From positions 1-31,901 of the forward strand of contig CAZAPE010000004.1 of assembly GCA_964487065.1 (NCBI GenBank): 31,901 nucleotides of DNA. Direction: 5' to 3'. The stretch's first letter is position 1; each line of letters opens with the position of its first letter. Below the pieces are notes generated by a model, which saw only the letters and a list, made by a program, of their open reading frames with translations, had not been told where the DNA came from and did not search any database. The translations under genes were made by a program, and so were the position numbers. The stretch is from an uncultured Planctomycetia bacterium (lineage in GTDB: Bacteria > Omnitrophota > Gorgyraeia > Kaelpiales > Kaelpiaceae). Positions 7,992 through 17,762 of this stretch are shown here, piece by piece.

Positions 7992-10868
7992 ATGCTTTCT
8001 TTTTTATTGAGAAAAATAATCGGAACACAGAACGAACGAGAGATAAGGAAGCTTAAATTCTTAGTTGATAAGATAAATTCTCTTGAATCCTGGGCTAAGG
8101 ATATGACAGATGCCCAGCTGCGTTCTCAGACAGATATTTTTAAGAAAAGATTACAAGAATCGGAAACTTTGGAAGATATTTTACCTGAAGCTTTTGCAGT
8201 TGTCAGGGAGGTAGCAAAGCGAAAATTAAACATGAGGCATTTTGATGTTCAGATTATGGGAGGAATTATTTTGCACCGCGGCAAAATAGCTGAAATGGCA
8301 ACAGGCGAAGGAAAGACGCTTGTTGCAACGCTGGCCGCCTATCTTAATTCTTTGAAAAGCGAGGGCGTGCATATTGTTACAGTTAATGATTATTTAGCCA
8401 AGAGAGACAGAGAGTGGATGGGTCCTATCTATGAAACGCTTGGGCTTAGTGTTGGAGTAATTATGCATGGACAGAGTCATGAGGATAAAAAGAAGGCTTA
8501 TCTTTGCGATATTACATATGGAACAAATAATGAGTTTGGGTTCGATTATCTTAGAGACAATATGGTTATTTCCTTCCAAGATATGGCTCAAAGGAAACAC
8601 TGTTATGCCATTATAGATGAGGTTGATTCTATTCTAATAGATGAAGCAAGAACCCCTCTTATTATATCTGGTCCCACAGAAGAGTCGGTGGATAAATATT
8701 ATATTGCAGATAGAGCCGCTAAACACCTTCAGGTTAAAGTTATTATTGATGCTAGAAACACCCAGGATGGTTTTACAATAGCAAGAACAGCAGATGGAAG
8801 AGAAGAGAAAATCCCCAGGGAAGAGTTTGATAAACACTGCGATGCAGTAATTGAGGAGAAAAGTAACAATGCCCGTTTGACTGCGCAGGGTGAGAAGAAA
8901 TGTGAAGAAACCTTAAAGGTTAAAAGCCTCTGGGAAGAGATGCCTGATACTTATGCCGAACCTTGGGCGCATTATATAACGCAGGCTTTGCGCGCTAAAT
9001 TTCTCTTTAAAAAAGATACCCATTACGTTATAAAAGACGGCCAGGTTTTAATAGTCGATGAGTTTACGGGAAGATTGATGCCGGGTAGGCGTTGGTCAGA
9101 CGGTTTGCACCAGGCAGTTGAGGCAAAAGAGGCTCTTAAAATAGAGCAGGAAAATCAGACGCTTGCTACTGTTTCATTTCAGAATTATTTCAGAATGTAC
9201 GATAAGCTTTCCGGAATGACAGGAACCGCCTTTACGGAGGCTGCGGAATTCAGCCATATTTATAAACTGGATGTAGTTGTTATTCCTACAAATAAAGAGC
9301 TGCGCAGGAGCCAACATCCGGATGTAATATATAAATCACAAAAAGAAAAATTCAATGCCGTAGTTAGGGAAATAGAAGATCTTTATAAAAAAGGCAGACC
9401 TGTTCTTGTCGGTACCACATCTATAGAGAAATCAGAAATTTTAAGCGAGCTTCTTAACAGGAAAGAAATTCCACATAACATTCTTAATGCTAAATATCAT
9501 GAGAAGGAAGCGGAAATTGTTGCCCAGGCAGGAAGATTTAAGGCTATTACTATTGCAACAAATATGGCTGGACGCGGAACAGATATTATTTTGGGTGGAA
9601 ATCCTGAATTTTTAGCAAAAACGAAAGTAAAACAAGAAAACAAAGACTTGAATCTGATTACGCAGGAAGAGTACAGCAAAGTTTTGGCAGATATTATTCC
9701 TCTCGTGGATGAGGAGCATGAAAAAGTAGTTGATCTTGAAGGTCTGCATGTTATTGGCACTGAGAGGCATGAAGCCAGGCGTATAGATAACCAGCTCAGG
9801 GGGCGTTCCGGCCGTCAGGGTGATCCTGGTTCGTCTAAATTTTACCTTTCTCTTGAAGATGATTTAATGAGGATTTTTGGCTCTGAGAGAATCGCGATGA
9901 TAATGGATAAACTTGGAATAGAAGAAGGCGAAAAGATAGAGCATTCTCTTATAAGCAGAGCTATAAGCACTGCTCAGAAAAGGGTGGAAACATTTAATTT
10001 CGAAATCAGAAAACATTTGCTTGAGTATGACGATGTTATGAATAAACAGCGTCAGGCTATTTACGGTGAGAGAAGGAATGTTCTTATAAGCGATAATCTA
10101 AAAGAGCATATTTATGAGATTATAGAAGAAACCTTAGAGTATGAGATAGAAGGTTTTATTCCTGAAGGCTCTTTGCCTGAGGAGTATGATTGGGATGGGT
10201 TTTCAGGTTGGCTGTGTAGTAAATTCGGTATTTCAATTCAAGGAGCGATATTAAAAGAAAATGCATATAAAGATATTCCTGAGAGAAAAATCAGCTGGGA
10301 TAAGACAATAGCTAATTGCCTTGATTTTCTTGCCGCCGAGCTTAAGAAGTTCTACGAAGAACGCGAAGTCGCTATTACTTCCCAGGAGCTGAGGCGTCTT
10401 GAGAAGATGGTCTTTTTGCATGTTATAGATATGCGCTGGAAACAGCATCTTTATGCTCTGGATTATTTAAGAGAAGGTATAGGTTTAAGAGCATATGGCC
10501 AGAGAGATCCGTTAGTTGAATATAGAAATGAATCTTACGCGATGTTTCAGGAGATGGTGACGAGAATAAAGCTTGATGTGATGGAATATCTGTATAAATT
10601 TCACCCTCGCTTCAAAGCCGTTTCTGTTGGGTTAATGGAAAAAGCAGCTACGGATTATCAGCACGAGCAAGTAAAACAGTTTCAGGCAGTAAGAAAAATG
10701 GCAATCGAGGCCAACAGCGGCGTAAAGCATTCTATCCCTGCCCAAGGTTTGGGAGCAGAGAAGGCAGTGCCATACAAAAGAAGCTCAAAAAAAGTCGGCA
10801 GAAACGACCCTTGCCCTTGCGGCAGCGGTAAGAAATATAAAAAATGCTGCTATTTTAAGCAAGATTAA
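7992..10868 (+). CDS. secA: Preprotein translocase ATPase SecA
   Basis: EMATGEGKT Walker [34 protein letters not shown]-terminal [18 protein letters not shown]. Confidence 0.98.
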   Translation: MLSFLLRKIIGTQNEREIRKLKFLVDKINSLESWAKDMTDAQLRSQTDIFKKRLQESETLEDILPEAFAVVREVAKRKLNMRHFDVQIMGGIILHRGKIAEMATGEGKTLVATLAAYLNSLKSEGVHIVTVNDYLAKRDREWMGPIYETLGLSVGVIMHGQSHEDKKKAYLCDITYGTNNEFGFDYLRDNMVISFQDMAQRKHCYAIIDEVDSILIDEARTPLIISGPTEESVDKYYIADRAAKHLQVKVIIDARNTQDGFTIARTADGREEKIPREEFDKHCDAVIEEKSNNARLTAQGEKKCEETLKVKSLWEEMPDTYAEPWAHYITQALRAKFLFKKDTHYVIKDGQVLIVDEFTGRLMPGRRWSDGLHQAVEAKEALKIEQENQTLATVSFQNYFRMYDKLSGMTGTAFTEAAEFSHIYKLDVVVIPTNKELRRSQHPDVIYKSQKEKFNAVVREIEDLYKKGRPVLVGTTSIEKSEILSELLNRKEIPHNILNAKYHEKEAEIVAQAGRFKAITIATNMAGRGTDIILGGNPEFLAKTKVKQENKDLNLITQEEYSKVLADIIPLVDEEHEKVVDLEGLHVIGTERHEARRIDNQLRGRSGRQGDPGSSKFYLSLEDDLMRIFGSERIAMIMDKLGIEEGEKIEHSLISRAISTAQKRVETFNFEIRKHLLEYDDVMNKQRQAIYGERRNVLISDNLKEHIYEIIEETLEYEIEGFIPEGSLPEEYDWDGFSGWLCSKFGISIQGAILKENAYKDIPERKISWDKTIANCLDFLAAELKKFYEEREVAITSQELRRLEKMVFLHVIDMRWKQHLYALDYLREGIGLRAYGQRDPLVEYRNESYAMFQEMVTRIKLDVMEYLYKFHPRFKAVSVGLMEKAATDYQHEQVKQFQAVRKMAIEANSGVKHSIPAQGLGAEKAVPYKRSSKKVGRNDPCPCGSGKKYKKCCYFKQD

Positions 10869-11027
10869 AAATAAAAAATTAAATATCAAAGATATATATT
10901 AAAAATAAAATTTTTTACCCCTGCATATAACGCCGTTTTATATGAGATATTTTGGCGAGTCAGATTGTTGGTTAAAATATGAATGAATTAATATTTTTGA
11001 TATTTGATATGTAGTTTTTATTTTTTA
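10866..11027. repeat. AT-rich imperfect inverted-repeat element between secA and lnt
   Basis: Nested pairings: 10867-10877/11015-11025 (11 bp), 10881-10890/10996-11005 (10 bp), 10896-10902/10988-10994 (7 bp); central hairpin 10924-10930/10938-10944. Confidence 0.6.
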
Positions 11028-11045
11028 TCTTTAATTTGAATCTAT

Positions 11046-12506
11046 ATGGATCAAGTTTTAAGAAAAAAGCAGATCATTTTAACAGTAATTTCCTCGCTTT
11101 TAACTATCGCTGGGTTTTATCTATTTGATCTTTTGGTATTTTTGAGTTTAATCCCGTTTTTCTATTGTCTTAAGGAAGAAAATATTCCAAAATTCAGATT
11201 TTTGCTGGGGTTTGTCTGGGGTTTAGTTTATTTTTTCTTTCTTTGTTATTGGTTGATTAATATCTCTCTTGCAGGTCTTATTGTTAGTTTGATGTATCTT
11301 GCTCTATATCCGGCTGTTTTTGCTCTTTTTTTTAGGAAAAATATATGTTTTAAAAATTTAATATATATATCTATTATTTGGGTGCTGCTTGAAGCCTTGC
11401 GTTCTTTTCTGTTTACAGGTTTTCCCTGGGGGTATTTGGGGTATGCGCTTGCGGAGAGAAAATTACTAATTCAAATTGCAGATATCACAGGAGCCTACGG
11501 AATTTCGTTTGTCATATTGGTAGTTAATTTAGCCGGTTTAATGGTATGTATGAGCAGAGGTTTTAAGAGAAAGCTTATTTTTCTCTGCATATTGTTAGTT
11601 CCGCTATTCCTCTCCTTTTTTTACGGAAATTTCCGTCTTGAAAGGCTTAAATCCGATATCGTTATTAGGGATATTGCTCTTGTTCAGACGAATATCGACT
11701 CCGATATTAAATGGGATTTGTCTTTTTATGAGGAAAACTTTGAGAGGTTTAAACTGCTTCTTGCAATTGCGAAATACAAAAGTAAAAGTTTTATAGTTTT
11801 TCCGGAAACCATTTTACCCTATGCCTGGAATGAAAGCAGCTCATTTATGCGTGAAGTCAAAGAGAGTATAAAAGAGGTTAAACTCCATGCGCTTATAGGA
11901 TTACCTTATCTTAAGGAAGGTAAAATATATAACAGTTCAATTTTTTTCTCACCGGATTCTGAAATTAACGGAGTTTATTTCAAGAACCACCTTGTACCTT
12001 TTGGGGAGTATGTACCCCTTAAACGGGTGTTTTCTTTCATAGAGAAGTTCTATCCTGTTGGTTCTTATTCAAAAGGGGAGGGCAGCTGCTTATTTAATTT
12101 TAAAGGGTATCCATTTTCGGTTTTGGTATGTTATGAAGATATTTTTCCCCAACTGGTACGGAAAGCTACTATTAAAGGAGCCTGGTTTTTAATAAATCAG
12201 TCTGATGAAGGCTGGTTTGGTAAGTCACAGGAAGCCTATCTTCATAATCAGATTGCTGTTTTTAGGGCCATTGAGAACAGGCGTTCTATAATTCGCGCAA
12301 CAAATACCGGTATAACTTGTCTTATTGATTATAAGGGACGAATATTAAGCCAATTAGACCCGTTTAAAGCAGATGTTTTAATAGTTGATGTTCCAATTTA
12401 TAAAGAGTTATCTTTTTATTCTAAATATGGTTGGATGTTCATTTGGATACTGTTGATAGGTATGGGGATTTATTTATTTAAGTCTGGAATTCGGCGTAAT
12501 TTTTAG
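11046..12506 (+). CDS. lnt: Apolipoprotein N-acyltransferase
   Basis: FLFTGFPWGYLGY; nitrilase-fold triad motifs FPET, KNHLVPFGEY and VCYEDIF; RAIENRR..RATNTG. Confidence 0.95.
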   Translation: MDQVLRKKQIILTVISSLLTIAGFYLFDLLVFLSLIPFFYCLKEENIPKFRFLLGFVWGLVYFFFLCYWLINISLAGLIVSLMYLALYPAVFALFFRKNICFKNLIYISIIWVLLEALRSFLFTGFPWGYLGYALAERKLLIQIADITGAYGISFVILVVNLAGLMVCMSRGFKRKLIFLCILLVPLFLSFFYGNFRLERLKSDIVIRDIALVQTNIDSDIKWDLSFYEENFERFKLLLAIAKYKSKSFIVFPETILPYAWNESSSFMREVKESIKEVKLHALIGLPYLKEGKIYNSSIFFSPDSEINGVYFKNHLVPFGEYVPLKRVFSFIEKFYPVGSYSKGEGSCLFNFKGYPFSVLVCYEDIFPQLVRKATIKGAWFLINQSDEGWFGKSQEAYLHNQIAVFRAIENRRSIIRATNTGITCLIDYKGRILSQLDPFKADVLIVDVPIYKELSFYSKYGWMFIWILLIGMGIYLFKSGIRRNF

Positions 12507-12604
12507 GGTATAATTAATAAATGGTCGGTATATACACTACAGTTCTCTATGTATATGTATTATTGAAAGGCTTAAAACGGTGGATCTAATTATAAATGTA
12601 AATG

Positions 12605-12646
12605 TATCCCCACATGTTTGATTTGCTAAACAAATCAGTGGGGGTA
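12605..12646. repeat. REP-like palindrome/hairpin
   Basis: CCCCAC (12608-13) pairs with GTGGGG (12638-43), and TGATTTG (12619-25) pairs with CAAATCA (12631-37), with a 5-nt bulge. No U-tract on either strand. Confidence 0.65.
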
Positions 12647-12710
12647 ATTCGCCGATATTACTTATGTCAATTTCGTTCTATAATTAGCGGGATCATTAGG
12701 AGGTGAAAAA

Positions 12711-13028
12711 ATGATTATTACTAATATTGATTCAGTTCCTGGTAAAAGAATTGTTGAACATTTTGGTATTGTTCAGGGTAGTACTGTTCGAGCTCGGCAT
12801 ATAGGAGCTGATTTAGCCGCTGGTCTTAAGAACATAGTTGGTGGAGAATTAAAAGGTTATACAAAATTATTGGAGGATGCCCGAACAGAATCTTTGGGAA
12901 GGCTTATTCTGCAAGCTAAGCAATTGGGAGCTAATGCGGTTATTAATATACGATTTGCAACGGCTGCAATATCACAAGGCGCTGCAGAGTTAATGGCTTA
13001 CGGAACTGCTGTGCGGGTAGAAGAATAA
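12711..13028 (+). CDS. YbjQ/UPF0145 (putative heavy-metal-binding) protein
   Basis: GIVQGSTVRARHIG..LKNIVGGELKGYT..AKQLGANAVINIRF..AYGTAV; SD AGGAGGTG 12698-12705; TATAAT 12679-12684. Confidence 0.9.
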   Translation: MIITNIDSVPGKRIVEHFGIVQGSTVRARHIGADLAAGLKNIVGGELKGYTKLLEDARTESLGRLILQAKQLGANAVINIRFATAAISQGAAELMAYGTAVRVEE

Positions 13029-13038
13029 GGGAGAGGTT

Positions 13039-13500
13039 ATGGATGCTCTGATTTATTTTATATTATTAATTTTTATAGGGTACATTTCGGGAACGATAAT
13101 TGAAAAGAAACATTACCTCAATATTGAAGCAAGAGAAATAAAATATTCAAAACTACCTGTAGTTAGTTCTAAAAATATTGAGGATGAAAGCCGCATCTTA
13201 TCTGCTCAGATGGTTATAGGAAGTGTTGTTGTCTCGCTTGATTACTTCAAACGTTTTCTTGCCGGCCTGCGCAATGTCGTTGGCGGTAGAATTCATAGCT
13301 ACGAAACTCTTTTAGACAGGTCCCGTCGGGAGGCTATTTTAAGAATGAAGGAAAATGCCAGCAGAATGGATGCCGATATAATTTTAAACATGAGATTTGA
13401 AACTTCTGGAATCGGACAAGCAGCAAATAAAAAAGGTAATATCGGTTGCTTTGAAGTCGTAGCATATGGGACAGCGGTGAAGTTAAAATCCAGAGCATGA
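13039..13500 (+). CDS. YbjQ-family protein with N-terminal membrane anchor
   Basis: N-terminal hydrophobic helix followed by GSVVVS..LRNVVGGRIHSYETLLDRSRREAILRM..AYGTAV. Confidence 0.85.
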   Translation: MDALIYFILLIFIGYISGTIIEKKHYLNIEAREIKYSKLPVVSSKNIEDESRILSAQMVIGSVVVSLDYFKRFLAGLRNVVGGRIHSYETLLDRSRREAILRMKENASRMDADIILNMRFETSGIGQAANKKGNIGCFEVVAYGTAVKLKSRA

Positions 13501-14336
13501 GGTTTACTCCTCGCCTACCGCAAGATAACGTAAACGTTTTTAAAACATCAGATTTAAAAGATTTTTTTTGGCTTCTAGGAATCATTTTAGCTGTTTTGGT
13601 GCTAATTTATCTGGTTTTAGGATTTGCTTTGGATATCGTAGTAGATAGAATGTCACCTAAAGTTGAAAGAGGAATAGGAAATTTCTTCAGCAAGATATAT
13701 GAAATTAAAAATGATGAAATTTCACCTCTTGAGGAAAATATACAAAGGTTGCTTGATAGATTAGTTAGTAAGGCGCTTGTTTTAAATATGAGTTATGAGT
13801 TTAAGGTCCATGTGGTTGAAAATAAGGATTTTAATGCTCTGGCTTTGCCGGGAGGAAATATTGTAATTTTTTCCGGCTTGATTGAGGAAATTAATTCTGA
13901 GAATGAATTAGCAATGATTCTGGCGCATGAGCTGGGCCATTTTATTCATAAAGATCATTTGAGGAGATTGGGGCGGGGATTGGTGCTGGTTGTTATTTCC
14001 AGTGTTTTATTTGGGGAGAGTAGTTCAGTCGCACAGTTTATGGAGCAAACATTAATAACTGCAGATTTAAAATTCTCACGTCAGCAGGAAATAGCTGCTG
14101 ACAAATTTGCTTTAGACTTATTAGAAAAAAAATACGGACATGTTGCAGGAAGCATAGAATTGTTTCATCTGATAAAAGAGAAGGAAAACTCACCTGCATT
14201 TTTAAAATATTTTTCTACACATCCTGCTCCCGAAGATAGATTGAATATAATAATAGAGGAGATAAAGACAAATGGCTATCTTGTGAAAGATGCAGCTTCG
14301 CTTGATTCTATTTACAGGGATGTCAAACAGCAATAG
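13497..14336 (+). CDS. M48 family zinc metallopeptidase, membrane-anchored
   Basis: NALALPGG, HELGH (HExxH), FSRQQEIAAD, STHP..RL; N-terminal TM helix; ATGA overlap with the upstream gene. Confidence 0.92.
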   Translation: MRFTPRLPQDNVNVFKTSDLKDFFWLLGIILAVLVLIYLVLGFALDIVVDRMSPKVERGIGNFFSKIYEIKNDEISPLEENIQRLLDRLVSKALVLNMSYEFKVHVVENKDFNALALPGGNIVIFSGLIEEINSENELAMILAHELGHFIHKDHLRRLGRGLVLVVISSVLFGESSSVAQFMEQTLITADLKFSRQQEIAADKFALDLLEKKYGHVAGSIELFHLIKEKENSPAFLKYFSTHPAPEDRLNIIIEEIKTNGYLVKDAASLDSIYRDVKQQ

Positions 14337-14364
14337 ATTGATGTTTGGATAATTACAATCCGCA

Positions 14365-14393
14365 TTGACATATTAAAGAGTAGAGTTTAAAAT
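14365..14393 (+). promoter_or_regulatory. Putative sigma70 promoter of lysS
   Basis: TTGACA (14365-70), 17 nt, TAAAAT (14388-93). Confidence 0.65.
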
Positions 14394-14405
14394 TCATAGG
14401 ATATT

Positions 14406-15821
14406 ATGAAAGATGAACTTCGCGAGCATAAACTGGAGAAGCTTAAAAAGCTAAAAGACAGAGGCATTAATCCCTATCCATACCGTTATCTTCCTTGTGA
14501 TGATATAACTTTGTCTCTTGAGAATTGGCAGGATAATAAGAGCATTAACGTAGCAGGAAGAATAATGGCCCTTAGAGAGCATGGTAAAAGCATATTTTTT
14601 GATATTAAAGATTCCGGTGCCAGGATTCAGGTATATATTAGAAAAGATTTAATAGGCGAGGATATGTTCTTATTATTTAAGGATTGCATTGATATCGGGG
14701 ATATTATCGGAGTAAAAGGCGAAACTTTCAGGACAAAGACCTCAGAACCTACTATTTTAGCAAAAGAAATTGTTCTGCTTTCCAAATCCCTTATGCCCTT
14801 GCCTGAGAAATGGCACGGGTTAAAAGATGTTGAAATTAGGCACCGTAAGAGATACCTGGACTTGATAATGAATGAAGAAATAAAGGAAACATTTCTTTTA
14901 AGGAGTAGAACGATCAGTTTAATTCGTAAGTTTCTTGAAAATAAAGGGTTTATTGAGGTTGAGACTCCTATGCTGCATCCGGTTCCCGGAGGCGCAACAG
15001 GAGCTCCTTTTAAAACTCATTTAGAGGCGTATGATATCGACCTTTATCTGCGCATTGCGCCTGAACTTTATTTAAAAAGACTTCTTGTCGGAGGATTTGA
15101 GAAAGTGTATGAAATTAACAGGAGTTTTAGAAATGAAGGTGTGTCAACAAGGCATAATCCTGAGTTTACTATCTTAGAACTTTACTGGGCCTATGCTGAT
15201 TACGAGGATATTATGGCTCTCACTGAAGAGCTGTTGTTATATTTGGCGAGGGAGATCAAAGGCAGCGAGGAATTTGAATATCAAGGCAAAAAAATTAATT
15301 TAAAATCTCCTTGGAAAAGAATTGGGTTCCCTGAAATATTAGGTAGAAAAGATTTGAATATGGATGTTTTGCGGGGCGTAATGGAAGAGAAGCTTGGGAA
15401 GAAACTGGACAAGCTATCGCGTTCCCAGATTATGAAGTTATGTGAAGAATATATAGAGAATCAATTAGGGGAAGACCCGGTTTTTGTTATTGATCATTTA
15501 AAAGATATATCTCCTCTGGCGAAGTCAAAAAAAGACAATCCAGAGCTGGTTGAGAGGTTCGAGCTTTTTATTTCCGGAATTGAAATTGCAAATGCCTACA
15601 GTGAATTGAACGATCCTATCGAGCAGAAAGAGCGTTTCCAAGCTCAGAAAGGAGAGGCAAAGGAACATGTAGATTATGATTTTGTTGAGGCTCTGGAATA
15701 TGGCATGCCTCCGGCAGGGGGATTGGGTATGGGTATAGATAGAATTGTAATGCTTCTTGCGAATGCAGCATCAATAAGAGAAGTTTTACTATTTCCGCTT
15801 CTTAAACCTGAATCAACTTAA
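14406..15821 (+). CDS. lysS: Lysine--tRNA ligase (class II)
   Basis: OB-fold (VAGRIMALREHGK), LPEKWHGL..RYLDL, YLRIAPELYLKRL, FRNEG..HNPEF, EYGMPPAGGLGMGIDR. Confidence 0.97.
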   Translation: MKDELREHKLEKLKKLKDRGINPYPYRYLPCDDITLSLENWQDNKSINVAGRIMALREHGKSIFFDIKDSGARIQVYIRKDLIGEDMFLLFKDCIDIGDIIGVKGETFRTKTSEPTILAKEIVLLSKSLMPLPEKWHGLKDVEIRHRKRYLDLIMNEEIKETFLLRSRTISLIRKFLENKGFIEVETPMLHPVPGGATGAPFKTHLEAYDIDLYLRIAPELYLKRLLVGGFEKVYEINRSFRNEGVSTRHNPEFTILELYWAYADYEDIMALTEELLLYLAREIKGSEEFEYQGKKINLKSPWKRIGFPEILGRKDLNMDVLRGVMEEKLGKKLDKLSRSQIMKLCEEYIENQLGEDPVFVIDHLKDISPLAKSKKDNPELVERFELFISGIEIANAYSELNDPIEQKERFQAQKGEAKEHVDYDFVEALEYGMPPAGGLGMGIDRIVMLLANAASIREVLLFPLLKPEST

Positions 15822-15826
15822 GTAAT

Positions 15827-15899
15827 ACACAGATGATCGCAGTCTGATAGAATGGTATCCATGTTAATCTTGCGTTAAAAAAATCTGTGTTAATCTGTG
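15827..15899. repeat. Short tandem-plus-inverted repeat element (ACACAGAT / ATCTGTGT units)
   Basis: ACACAGAT 15827-34 pairs with ATCTGTGT 15883-90; second unit ATCTGTG 15893-99; degenerate copies at about 15837-15845 and 15864-15874. Confidence 0.55.
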
Positions 15900-15912
15900 A
15901 TTGTTGTGAAAA

Positions 15913-17088
15913 ATGAAACTTGAATTCTGGATAGCAAAAAAATATATTTTCAGAAAAAAGGCAAAATTTCTTAAAATTATCTCTATTATTACGATCTCCG
16001 GTGTTGCTATAGGGGTTATGGCGCTACTTGTAGTAATAGCTGTTATGAATGGTTTTGACAGAGAATTAGAAGATAAGATTCTGGGAATTAATTCGGATAT
16101 TTTAATTAAGGCGGATCCTTTTATATATAACCCCGAAGATGTTATTGAAAAGCTTTCAACTATTGATGAAATAATATCCTTTTCTCCTGTAGTGCTTGGA
16201 AACGGCAGTTTGATTCTGGAAGACGCGCTTGAGAGTGTTTATGTTAAGGGTATAGATTTAAAAAAGGAGAAAAAAACAACAAATATAGAAAAATATCTTT
16301 CAAATAAAATAGATACTATTGGATACGAGGGTATTTTGGTTGGTAGTGTTTTAGCGAAGCGCCTTAGTCTTACACTTGGCTCAGAGATAGATATCCTTCT
16401 GCCTTTTAAACTTGAGAGTTTTTCTTTTAAGGTAGAAGGTATTTTTGAATCCGGAATGTATGAGTACGATACTTCCTTAGTATATATAGATTTAGAGAAA
16501 GCAAAAGAGATATTCTCATTTCCGGGGCTAACAACTCTTGAGGTTAAATTAAAAGATCCTTATAAAGCAACCGATCTTAAGAAGATTATCCAGGCCCGGC
16601 TTTCATATCCGTATTATGTTTTAAGCTGGATCGATATGAACAAGAATCTATTTTCGGCTTTAAAACTTGAAAAAACAGCTATGTTTATTATCTTGTGCTT
16701 AATAGTCCTGGTAGCTTCGTTTAATATCGCAAGCATATTAATAATGTCTGTGCTTGAGAAGATAAAAGATATAGGGATTATGAGGGCAGTAGGCATGAGA
16801 TTACAGGTAGTAAGGCGTATTTTTATAATTCAGGGAATGATTATAGGTTTTTCAGGCATTTTACTGGGTGCGAGTCTGGGAGGGTTGTTGATATATATCT
16901 TAAAGGAGTATCCGATTATTAAATTACCTTCAGATATCTATTATATCGACAAGCTTCCAGTCGCCGTTTCTTTTGTGGATTTTATATCAATTATTCTAGC
17001 CGCGGGATTGATAACATTCATCTCGACTCTTTACCCTGCAATAAAAGCGGCTAAATTCGATCCTGTTACAGCATTGAGATACGAATGA
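15913..17088 (+). CDS. Lipoprotein-releasing ABC permease, LolC/E (LolF-like)
   Basis: ISIITISGVAIGVMALLVVIAVMNGF, FESGMYEYD, IGIMRAVG, IYYIDKLP, YPAIKAAKFDPVTALRYE. Confidence 0.9.
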   Translation: MKLEFWIAKKYIFRKKAKFLKIISIITISGVAIGVMALLVVIAVMNGFDRELEDKILGINSDILIKADPFIYNPEDVIEKLSTIDEIISFSPVVLGNGSLILEDALESVYVKGIDLKKEKKTTNIEKYLSNKIDTIGYEGILVGSVLAKRLSLTLGSEIDILLPFKLESFSFKVEGIFESGMYEYDTSLVYIDLEKAKEIFSFPGLTTLEVKLKDPYKATDLKKIIQARLSYPYYVLSWIDMNKNLFSALKLEKTAMFIILCLIVLVASFNIASILIMSVLEKIKDIGIMRAVGMRLQVVRRIFIIQGMIIGFSGILLGASLGGLLIYILKEYPIIKLPSDIYYIDKLPVAVSFVDFISIILAAGLITFISTLYPAIKAAKFDPVTALRYE

Positions 17089-17762
17089 TAATAGAGATAA
17101 AAAATATACAGAAATATTATACTGTCGGAGATAGCCGGCTTCATGTCTTAAAAGATGTCTCTTTGGATATAGCCGAAGCTGAGTTTTTAGCTCTTAAAGG
17201 GCCTTCCGGGGCAGGAAAATCAACCCTGCTTCATATAATGGGAGGGTTAGAGCGTCCGGATTATGGAAGTGTAAATATCGAAGGCGAGGATATATATAAT
17301 TTTAATGACTCTCGGATTTCGGACCTTAGAAATAAAAAGGTGGGATATGTATTTCAATTCTATTATCTTATCCCTGAATTGAATATATTGGAAAATGCAG
17401 CCTTGCCGCTGCTTATACGGGGGGAAACGAGAAAAACGGCTTTAAAGCAAGCCGAGGAGGTATTAGAATTTTTACAGCTTAAAGCAAGAATTACACACTA
17501 TCCGAACCAAATCTCCGGCGGGGAACAGCAGAGAACGGCTATTGCGCGGGCAATAATAGGAGATCCAAAGATTTTGCTTTGCGATGAGCCGACAGGAAAT
17601 TTAGATTCTCAAATGGGTCAGGAAGTGTTAAAATTGCTGCAAAGAATTAATACTGAAAAAAAGACCACGATTATTATAGTAACTCATGACGAAGAAGTTT
17701 CTTCTTGGGCGATGAGGAAGATTTATATGAAAGATGGAGTTTTAATTAAGGAGGTATGCTAA
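17085..17762 (+). CDS. lolD: Lipoprotein-releasing ABC ATPase LolD
   Basis: GPSGAGKST, ISGGEQQR, DEPTGNLD; ATGA-coupled to the LolC/E permease. Confidence 0.8.
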   Translation: MIIEIKNIQKYYTVGDSRLHVLKDVSLDIAEAEFLALKGPSGAGKSTLLHIMGGLERPDYGSVNIEGEDIYNFNDSRISDLRNKKVGYVFQFYYLIPELNILENAALPLLIRGETRKTALKQAEEVLEFLQLKARITHYPNQISGGEQQRTAIARAIIGDPKILLCDEPTGNLDSQMGQEVLKLLQRINTEKKTTIIIVTHDEEVSSWAMRKIYMKDGVLIKEVC

